64,000 nucleotides of DNA from the NCBI GenBank assembly GCA_965198675.1, contig OZ240666.1:3172776-3236775 (forward strand). The letters run 5' to 3'. The position numbers were made by a program, and so were the translations under genes. Position 1 is the stretch's first letter, and each line of letters starts with the position of its first letter. This stretch comes from Prochloron sp. Its GTDB lineage: Bacteria > Cyanobacteriota > Cyanobacteriia > Cyanobacteriales > Prochloraceae. This document shows positions 40,159 to 49,800 of the stretch, piece after piece. The notes beneath the pieces are model-generated. The model had not been told where the DNA came from, ran no database searches, and was given only the letters and a program-made list of their open reading frames with translations.

Positions 40159-40455
40159 AACTTTGGAGGTACTGACGCCTCTGTGGCTTATGATTGGATG
40201 ATAAAGAATAAGTTCAAAGCTGATATCATCTGTTTTTGGACAGATAGCGAAAGTTGGGCTGGTAATAGTCATCCTGCTCAAGCATTAGCTAAATATCGTC
40301 AGAAGGTGAATGAGAATATTAAGGCAGTATATGTCACTCTTGCTCCCTATGGTATTACCTTAGTAGATCCAAAAGACCCCTTATCTTGGGATTTGGGTGG
40401 ATTTGATCCAGGAATACCTCGTCTCATCCAAATGCTGGCTCAAGGAGAAGTTTAA
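40159..40455 (+). CDS. rsr: remainder of Ro60/Rsr vWA domain (same frame, downstream of the TAA)
   Basis: NFGGTDASVAYDWMIKNKFKADIICFWTDSESWAGNSHPAQALAKYRQ… is the conserved Ro C-terminal vWA segment (GGTD, TD.E). The whole gene would be 534 aa if the TAA were a sense codon. Confidence 0.7.
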   Translation, partial: NFGGTDASVAYDWMIKNKFKADIICFWTDSESWAGNSHPAQALAKYRQKVNENIKAVYVTLAPYGITLVDPKDPLSWDLGGFDPGIPRLIQMLAQGEV

Positions 40456-40566
40456 AACAGTGAAATGTAGGCCTAGTGCATAGGCTATAACCGTAATGTT
40501 CTCAATTATTCAAAGTTTTGTTCCGTCATGATTTTGATTCAATGCTGTCACGATTAAGATTTTCTT

Positions 40567-40917
40567 TTAAAAGAACAGAATTTTAGCAAGACCACCCACA
40601 AAACCGATGACTATAGCTGTCACGGTAGCTTTACCTACAAACTCTGCATTTTCCAGTCGTTTTTCCCAAACATTAGACTTGGTATCAAGTGTTTGCTTGA
40701 TTTCTTTCATCCCATTGTCAGTTTTTTCTTCAATACGCTTCAACTCCACATCGACGCGCTTAAACTCTCCTTCTACCTTCGCAAAACCCACCTGTACCTC
40801 CTTGTCTAAATTTTGGACTCTGTTGTCTAAATTTTGAATTCTACTGTTTAGGTTGTTAAATCCTTCCTTGATTTCTGATTTGAGTTCTAAAATTAATGTT
40901 TTCAATTCGTCGTCCAT
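40567..40917 (-). CDS. hypothetical coiled-coil protein with C-terminal TM anchor
   Basis: Heptad-like repeats (NSRIQNLDNRVQNLDKEVQ…) and a hydrophobic tail (ATVTAIVIGFVGGLAKILFF). Confidence 0.45.
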   Translation of the reverse strand: MDDELKTLILELKSEIKEGFNNLNSRIQNLDNRVQNLDKEVQVGFAKVEGEFKRVDVELKRIEEKTDNGMKEIKQTLDTKSNVWEKRLENAEFVGKATVTAIVIGFVGGLAKILFF

Positions 40918-41252
40918 GATGTCCCCCTCTTGGTTGTTGTACTATTTTAGTGTAACCAAATTGTAACCCTACAGACTCTTGGTGGGCAATGCCCACCCTA
41001 CCCATTAGATTTTTTTTAACTACAGAGTCAATTCTTGTGGCTACACAGCTTGAAAAATAGTAGCTTCACCCCGAGATTTCCCACGATAGTGCAAGGATTT
41101 TGAGACGCCTTATGGGATCGCCTTGCACTTTGGGAGTTGTCAAAAGCTGAAAACCATTATCTGGATAGACTTTTGGCTTTATTCAGCAAGCCCTACTTAT
41201 TGGATTGGCGTACTACATTTGTCGTACAAAATGCCCGTTTTTGTAATACATA

Positions 41253-42230
41253 CTATGTTACAATTTGTCGTGCGGAATGTGGGTTAAAAGAATTCAAAAA
41301 TTCCCAAGCAAACTCAATGCAATCGGACAATACCTCATGATTTTTTTCTCCCAAAATCACCAAGTTTTTGTTTTGAGGATAAGCCCAGCGTTGCATATGG
41401 GCAATACTGAATCCTGCCTGTTTTTGTTCTTCTAAAGGTGCTTTTCTCACCGCATCCCACAACACAATACTCGGCTTCTCCAGAGCAGTAGCAATGTGAG
41501 ATGGTCCCGTATCGAAGCCAATATAGATGTCGCTAGCCCAGATCAAAGCCATCATCTGGCGAACAGTTGTTTTGGTACTAAACACGGGCAAGGGCTTCTG
41601 CTGGAAATTCTCGTGGCGAATCTGGAAAAAGCTAACTTGCTCTTTGAGGATTTCAACTAAAAGTAACCATTTATCCAGATACCAGGGAGATTCTGACGAA
41701 CTGGCAGATCTGCCATAGGGACATAAACAGATGACTGGACGTTTGAGGTGAGAGAGCGAGCGCAATCCCCACTGCATTTCCTCAAAGGAAAGAAACAGAG
41801 AACCGTGCAACTGCCGAGGACGGAGATTGTAGGGAGCGCAGAGATTGATAATTTCATGTCGGGATTGGCAGAAGTTATCGAACTCTGGATTTATTGCCTT
41901 CATAATAGCTGGATCTAGCTTATTGGCATCAATAATTTCCTCAACATAAGGATTGTTTTCCCAAATGATAGTATTCCAATCCTCTCCTGGGTCATCTGGA
42001 TCGTTAGGGTTTTTGATAATGTCAGAAGCGCAGAGGATTTTGACTGGACTCCCTTTTTTTAAAGCAAATTCCTCTGCTAGGCGAGTGTAACAAACTAAGC
42101 TACCGATAGCCAACCAACTGGGAATAGCTAAATCGCAGTCATATTTGGCAGCATAGTGTTTGGAGTATTGAAAAGGTTCTGTTTCTAGAAATCTACGGGG
42201 TTCTTCAGTAGGGCATGGGCTGTTTCTCAT
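41253..42230 (-). CDS. glycosyltransferase family 9 (heptosyltransferase-like)
   Basis: C-terminal GT9 motif …IGFDTGPSHIATALEKPSIVLW… in a 325-aa protein. Confidence 0.7.
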   Translation of the reverse strand: MRNSPCPTEEPRRFLETEPFQYSKHYAAKYDCDLAIPSWLAIGSLVCYTRLAEEFALKKGSPVKILCASDIIKNPNDPDDPGEDWNTIIWENNPYVEEIIDANKLDPAIMKAINPEFDNFCQSRHEIINLCAPYNLRPRQLHGSLFLSFEEMQWGLRSLSHLKRPVICLCPYGRSASSSESPWYLDKWLLLVEILKEQVSFFQIRHENFQQKPLPVFSTKTTVRQMMALIWASDIYIGFDTGPSHIATALEKPSIVLWDAVRKAPLEEQKQAGFSIAHMQRWAYPQNKNLVILGEKNHEVLSDCIEFAWEFLNSFNPHSARQIVT

Positions 42231-42375
42231 TGACTTAGTCTCCTATTTAATATACACAAAAAATATTTACGGTAACGCTATTAATTTAGGGTGCGTTCGC
42301 AACACACCGCACCGTATATTTGGCTCATGGTAAGGGCAAAGGGGGAGGGGAAGGGCGCACCGTTGTTGTGCGCCC

Positions 42376-43761
42376 CTAGATATCAGAAATAGCATCAGGT
42401 AATTCATCCTCCAAATATCGTAAACGAGGCAACAAGTAAGCGATGCAAGTCATCAAAATAGTCAAGACTCCCATGGAAATAAACATTAGACCAATACCAC
42501 GACCAGGACCTGTACCAATCACTCTGCCAATGGTTTTTGCAACAATACTATCTTGAGTCATTAAGGGTTCAAAGAAGCGATCGGCTAGTGGACCAGCAAT
42601 AAAATAAGAGAGAGGAAGCGTTGCTAAAGCTACTGATTTCCGAAATGCAAAAACCCTTCCCTGGACTTCCGGAGCCACCTTGCGCTGGTAAATAGCTTGA
42701 ATAGCACTATTGACTATGGGAATAGTTAGTAGCATGGAAAAATTTGCACAAGCCAGAAGAATAGCTGAGGGGCGAAGACCTACAAAGATGACAGATAGGC
42801 CAATGGCAAACATACTGATAAAAACAGTGGTCATTTGATTCTCTAGACCACCCCAAATGGTCATCACTAAGCCCCCAATGACCATGCCAGCATTGGCGCA
42901 GGAGACCACAATGCCTAGGGTTGTTACCGATGCAAAAGAAAGAACTAATGGGATATCGAGAACCTCAGTGGCTCCAATCAAAAAATTACACAGAGCAACC
43001 AACAGTACCAATCCCAAAAGACCGGGTCGCTGCACGAAATAGTTCCAGCCATAGGTTAAATTGTGTAAAAATGATTCCTGTTCCGTTTGCTCGTCAGTCC
43101 CAGTTGAAAGCTCCGGAAAATTGACTATCCATAGAGATAGCAAGGCAAATAGTAGGGTAATAAAGTCAATCGCAATAATCCCTGGTAACTGAATAATGGC
43201 AAGTAGAGTTACGGCAAAGGTAGGAGCTGCTAAATCTGAGATGGCTTGCCCAGTGAAGACCATACCACTAGCACGGGCAAGATTAGCTTTGGGAACCAGC
43301 AGAGTGGTTGCGGCAGAATAGGCTAAACCTTGAAATGTATTGAAACTAGACCTCAGCACATTTGTTAGACAGATATGCCAAATTTCCAGACTGCCATTAA
43401 GGTATAACCAAGCCACCAGCAAGGTACACAAACCGGCAGAGAAGTCACTAATAATCATCGTCCAACGACGACTCCAGCGATCGACATAGACTCCGGCAAT
43501 CGGACCAATTAAAATCGGAGGAATCGCTGCCGAGAGTACGGGTAAGGAAAATTGGGTCACAGAATCGGTTTGCTGGTAAACCCAAATGCTGAGGGCAAAA
43601 CTGGTCAGACTGGTACCGATCAGTGAAATAACTTGGCCAAACCAGATGAAGGTAAATGTTTCCATCCCTTGAAGTGATGGAAACCGCTTAGTGATGGCGC
43701 TGATGATACTGGACTTGCCATCATTAGCCGTCTGTTGTTGGATATCAGTGGTTTGGTTCAT
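42376..43761 (-). CDS. MFS transporter (EntS/MFS_3-like exporter)
   Basis: About 12 predicted TM helices, with a DRWSRR loop motif after TM2. It lies immediately downstream of the NRPS. Confidence 0.85.
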   Translation of the reverse strand: MNQTTDIQQQTANDGKSSIISAITKRFPSLQGMETFTFIWFGQVISLIGTSLTSFALSIWVYQQTDSVTQFSLPVLSAAIPPILIGPIAGVYVDRWSRRWTMIISDFSAGLCTLLVAWLYLNGSLEIWHICLTNVLRSSFNTFQGLAYSAATTLLVPKANLARASGMVFTGQAISDLAAPTFAVTLLAIIQLPGIIAIDFITLLFALLSLWIVNFPELSTGTDEQTEQESFLHNLTYGWNYFVQRPGLLGLVLLVALCNFLIGATEVLDIPLVLSFASVTTLGIVVSCANAGMVIGGLVMTIWGGLENQMTTVFISMFAIGLSVIFVGLRPSAILLACANFSMLLTIPIVNSAIQAIYQRKVAPEVQGRVFAFRKSVALATLPLSYFIAGPLADRFFEPLMTQDSIVAKTIGRVIGTGPGRGIGLMFISMGVLTILMTCIAYLLPRLRYLEDELPDAISDI

Positions 43762-43854
43762 TGGTGAATAGAAAAATAGGGGAACTGGAATTAAAAAAGG
43801 GAATCTAGGGATCCTCTAGACGCTCTTTCCATTTTCCATTAAAGGCTTTGAAGG

Positions 43855-46800
43855 TTAATTCTCCAAAAAACCACTTTCTCTGAAGTAGCAGAGGTAAGTT
43901 TTAAATAAATCCTGATTAACCTCCGGTAACTTGATACCACTTCCCCTTAAACCATCAACCACATTGCGACAATCGTACTCAATTAAGTTTGTTGTGCTTG
44001 ACGGTGATTCCGGGAAGTTGGGTAAGTAAGGGTAGAGAGGATTTTCCATATCCTCTATCAACTTGGAACGCCAATCAGTATAGTCAATTTCTTCCAAGCT
44101 ATAGCCCAGGGAGCGCACCCACTCAAAAATCTCCCTCAGAGGCACCGATTTTGGATTAATTAAATGAAATGCCTTCCCAAATAAACTGTTTTGTTGTGAG
44201 AGACAAACAATCGCTCGGCTGACATAATCTACTGGGACAAGGTTTTCTGGTAAACCACTCCAGCTAGGAAAACTTTTGAGTCGAATACATCCTTTCACCA
44301 GTCGCGAGAGTAAGTCATCGAAACTAGAGACACCGGTTTGACTGTGACCACTAATCCTCGACGGTCGATAGATAGTTATGGGCAAACCGCGCTTGGCAGC
44401 TTCCCAAACTAACTGTTCTCCTACCCACTTGGTCTGAACATAGCCTACTTTTAGTAAATCATAATGATTGGCAGTTGCTGACTCGAGAATGGGTTGGTCA
44501 GTTTGGGATGTTGAGAATAGAGTAGAAACGTAATGAACAGGTTTGAGCTTTCCTAAACTGGCCAGTCTTAACACGTCTTGGGTTCCCAAAACATTCGCAT
44601 CTTTTAAAAGAGCGTAAGACCACAGATGATGAACCTTAGCTCCAACGTGATAAATAACATCAATTTGTTGGCATAAATTATTATACTCAGTTGCTGAGAG
44701 TCCAAAACGACTGCTTCCTAAATCTCCGATGATGGGAATAATTCGACATGTAAAATTATCACTCCATAAACCAGAAGCTTCTAACTTGTTCTTGAGTCTT
44801 TCTTTGCCAGCATCTACATGCTCGGCGCGAACCAAGCAATAAACAGTAGCGTCCGTTGTGGTCAAGAGTTCAGAAAGTAAATGAATTCCCAAGAAACCTG
44901 TTGCACCGGTTAGGAAAATTCGTTCAATTGGACTGACGATTGGCGCGATCGCAGTTGATGGCTGAATATCTGGATCTAAAGCAGCTTCTGCTTCTAAATC
45001 CCAAGTCTGGGATTGATAGTTTCCAGTTACTAAAGCTTGGTCGATTGCACTAGCCAAATCAGAAACAGAGGGATAATCAAACAATGCCCTTAGAGATAAA
45101 TTAATCTCGAAGGCTTCACGAATGCGAAACATCAGTTGAGTGGCCAATAGGGAATGACCACCTAAGTCAAAGAAACTATCATCAAGGCTAATGGTCTCAG
45201 GGTGCAGGGAGAGAATTTCGGCAAAAAGACTAGCGATAAGAATTTGACTCTCTGTCTTCGGTGCAACGAACTCACTGCTTTGGCTGAAGGCAGCATAGGG
45301 GGCAGGTAATGCTTTGCGGTCTATCTTACCACTGACAGACAGGGGTAATGACGTCAGGGGCACCACTACACTGGGAACCATGTAGTCTGGTAACTGCTGT
45401 TTGCAGTACTCTTTCAGAGCCTTAATGTCAAAATCATCATCCCCAACTACATAGGCTACCAGCCGCTTGTTCCCTGGGGTATCTTCCCAGGGGATGACGA
45501 CGCATTCCTGCACCTGCTGGTGGCCACTGAGCAAGGATTCAATTTCCCCTAGTTCGATACGGAAGCCTCTGATTTTGACTTGATGGTCAATGCGACCGAG
45601 GAATTCAATATTACCATCCCGGCGGTAGCGAGCCAAGTCTCCTGTCTTGTAGAGACGACCTTCGCCGAAGGGATTGGGAATGAATTTTTCTACGGTTAGC
45701 TCCGGGCGATTCAAATAACCTCGGGCTATACCCAGACCACCAATATGAAGTTCTCCAGGAATGCCAATCGGGGTAGGATTACCATTACTATCCAAGATAT
45801 AGATAGTTCGATTCGGCAAAGGACGACCAATAGGCACTCGTGGCATAGAGCTATCGGTCTTTAAGGCTCCAGCAATATCAAATGTGGTTGTGGTAATGGT
45901 TGCTTCTGTTGGACCGTAAGCATTGAGCAAGCCCACTGAATCTAACCAGGGATTTTTTTGGCACAGTTGTTGCCAAAGTTTTATGGTTTCTGGTTGAAGG
46001 ACATCGCTACCAGAAACCACTAGTCGCAGATGAGGTAGAGGGGGAGCATCTTGAGGATTTTGCTGTTGCCAGTGTAACCATTGATGCCAGTAGCTGGGGG
46101 GGAGATTGACAAATGTCAGTTCCAGTTCAATCAATTTCTGGTGAAACTCAGGCACAGTCCACAGGTCAGGGTCTCTCAGCACCAAGGTGGCTCCACTGAT
46201 TAAAGGGGGGAAGATTTCTTCTAGGGCAGCGTCAAAACTGAAAGAGGTAAATTGAAGAAACCGATCCTGACTCGTTACTTGATAATGTTCTGTAATGGCA
46301 TAACAATGGCTAGCAATGGCCTGATGTTCGATTAAAACTCCCTTAGGTTGACCAGTAGACCCAGATGTATAAATGACATAGGCAAGGTGTTGGGGTTGGA
46401 CATTGACAGGAGCTGAAACGGTATCTTGCTGCGCGCACCGCGTAGCGGATCCCTTCGGGATCGCTGACCAATCTGCATCCAAATAAACGACTTCTACCTG
46501 AGATTCGGGCAATCTTGCCCGTAACGCTTTTTGAGTGAGCAAAACAGCAATTCCTGAATCTTCCAGCATATAAGTCAGTCGAGTGTTAGGATAATCAGGA
46601 TCGAGGGTGACATAAGCCCCTCCTGCTTTAAGAATCCCCAACAAGCCCACCACCATCTCTATAGAACGCTCCAGACAAATGCCCACCAAGGTTTCTGGCT
46701 TCACCCCCAAGCCTTGGAGATAGTGAGCTAACTGATTGGCACGGGCATTCAGCTCTTGATAAGTCAACTGCTCACCGGCAAAGACTACTGCCACAGCCTC

Positions 46801-49800
46801 TGGTGTTCGCTCTGCCTGTGCTTCAAATAGGTGATGAATGCAATGTTCTTGGGGATAGTCTACCCTGGTGTCATTCCACTCCACCAACAACTGCTGGCCC
46901 TCGTCAGCACTCAGTAACGGCAACTGCTCAACCCGTTCCTCTGGATTAGTCACAATCCCAGCTAGTAAGGTTTTAAAGTTACTAGCCATCCGAACAATGG
47001 TCTCTCGGTCAAACAAATCACTGTTGTATTCCCAGTATCCGCTTAGCTCGGAAGGGCTATCTACCATTGATAGAGTAAGGTCAAACTTGGCGGTTTGATG
47101 CTCTCGCTCAATAGGGGTGAGGGTTAGGCCAGGAAACTCCCCATAAGTTGGGCTTTGCTCTAAAGCAAACATGACCTGAAACAAGGGACTATGACTCAGG
47201 GAACGTTCTGGTTGCAGAATTTCCACCACTTTTTCAAAAGGAATATCCTGATGACTATAGGCAGACAGAGCAACCTGACGCACCTGCTGAAGCAGTTCTC
47301 TAAAAATGGGATTTCCTTCAGTTCGAGTCCGTAGCACTAACGTATTCACAAAGAAGCCAATCAGGGATTCGGTTTGACGGTGATGGCGATTGGCAACAGG
47401 GGTACCAATGAGGATATCCTGCTGGCTGCTGTAGCGTGAGAGGAGGATGGCAAAGGCAGCCAGCAAGGTCATAAACAAGGTACTATTAGTCCCTCGCGCT
47501 AAGGTCCGCAACTTTTGGGACACAGCGGTGTCGAGCTGAAAATGGAATTGCCCTCCCCGAAAACTTTGTACAGATGGTCGGGGGCGATCCGTAGGTAAAT
47601 TGATCGGGGAGCATACATCAGCTAACTGCCCTTTCCAATAATCTGCCTGTTGCTCAATCACATTTACTTCCAACCACTGACGTTGCCAAGCAGCATAGTC
47701 AAGGTACTGAATTGGTAAAGGTTTGAGGGGAGAAGGTTGCCCAGCCACAAAAGCGGCATAGAGGGTTGACAGTTCCTGTAGAAGCAGTTCCATGGACCAG
47801 CCATCCGACACAATGTGGTGCAGGGTCAGGAATAGGGCATGGTCTTCTGGGGATAACTGCAATATAGTAGCCCTGATTGGCAAATCCTGCTTCAAATCAA
47901 AGGGTTGATCAGCTTCTGCTGTCGCCCATTTCTGGAGGTTCTGTTGGTGATTACCTTCCTGTTGAAGCTCCACTACAGCTAACGTAAACTCAGCAGAGGG
48001 ATCGATTGTTTGCAGTGGGATACCGTTAACAACCTGAATGCGGGTTCGCAGAATACTATGGCGTTGAATAATTTCCTGAAGTCCTCGCTCCAAAGCTCCC
48101 ACATCTAGGGAACCTGTAATTTTCAGGGCAACCGCAATGTTATAGGTGGCGTTAGGCCGTTCTTCTAGCTGATTGAGAAACCAAAGGCGGGCTTGGGCAA
48201 AAGAGAGGGGGAGGGGTTGGCCTTCGGACTCCCTTGGAACAATGTCCGGTAGGGTCAATCCAGGAGTCGTTTGTTGGCTATTAATAATGATGGAGGCTAA
48301 ACCAGCAACTGTGGGGGATTCAAATATAATCTTCACTGGTAATTCAACCTCAAACGCTTCCCGCAGTCGAGAAATAACCTTGGTTGCCAACAACGAATGG
48401 CCCCCGAGGGCAAAAAAGTTATCGTGGATACCCACTCGTTCTTGCCCTAATACCGTAGCTATAATATTGGCAATAACTGTTTCAGCTTGGGTGCGGGGAG
48501 CAACAAAATTTGTTTCTCGCTCTTGTTCAAAATCTGGAATGGGTAACCTACGGCGATCAACTTTACCATTGGGGGTTAAGGGAAAGCTATCCAGCCAGAC
48601 AATGGCATTGGGCACCATGTAATCCGGCAACTTTTGCTTGAGAAAAGAGCGGAGTTCATTTCCACTAACCTGGGTTTCACTTCTTTTCACATAAGCCACC
48701 AGGGACTTATCCCCAGAACCATCTTGTCGTACTATGACGATCCCTTGGCTTACCTGGGGATGTTGATTTAAGACAGCTTCAATTTCTGAAAGCTCAATCC
48801 GAAAGCCGCGAATTTTGACTTGATTGTCGATTCTACCCAGAAACTCAATATTGCCATCCGGTAAATAGCGAACTAAGTCCCCCGTCTTGTAAAGAATCTC
48901 ACCCTCTAGAAAAGAACTGGCAATAAAACGTTCGGCGTTCAGTTCGGGACGATTCAGATAGCCTCTTGCCACTCCATCTCCCCCAGCGTACAGTTCTCCC
49001 ACTACTCCAATGGGAACAGGTTGATGTTGCCCATCTAAGATGTAAACTCGGGTATTGGCAACGGGGCGACCAATGGGAATTGATTGTCCCAAAGAAGCTC
49101 CCGTGGGAACAGGATAGCAACAGGTAAAGGTGGTGTTCTCCGTGGGACCATAGCCATTAATAAACTGACAATGAGGCAGAGTTTGACAACATTTCTGCAC
49201 ATGGGACACAGATAGCACATCTCCACCTGCCATCAGAATACGTAGAGATTGCAAATCTTCCAACCGCTCATCCACCATCAAGTGAAACAATCCAGCGGTG
49301 AGCCATAGGGCTGTGATCTGATGTTGCCCAATGACTTGCCCCAAGGTTTCCAAGGAGGGTTTCGGTTCCGGGAACAGAACCAGACGGGAGCCATTGAGCA
49401 AACTGCCCCAGATTTCCCAGGTAGCTGCATCAAAAGAAACCGATGCCAACTGCAGAAACACATCATTGCTGGTAAATTGAGCATAGTTAGTATTCTTCAC
49501 CAGCCGCACAATATTGCGATGGGTCACGCCGACCCCTTTAGGTTGTCCTGTAGACCCTGAAGTATACATGACATAGGCCAAAGACTTAGCCGTAACTCTC
49601 CCCTCTCTCCCCTCTTTCTCTGCGTCCTCTGCGTCTCTGCGGTTTATCATTCCCGAACCTATATCGATAGAATAAGCCACCTCTGGCAAATTCTCCCTCA
49701 CACCCGTTTCCGTCACAATTACCTGCAAACCAGCATTCTCTACCATGAAAGCCAGTCGCTCAGGAGGATAAGTTGGGTCGAGGGGAACGTAGGCTCCACC

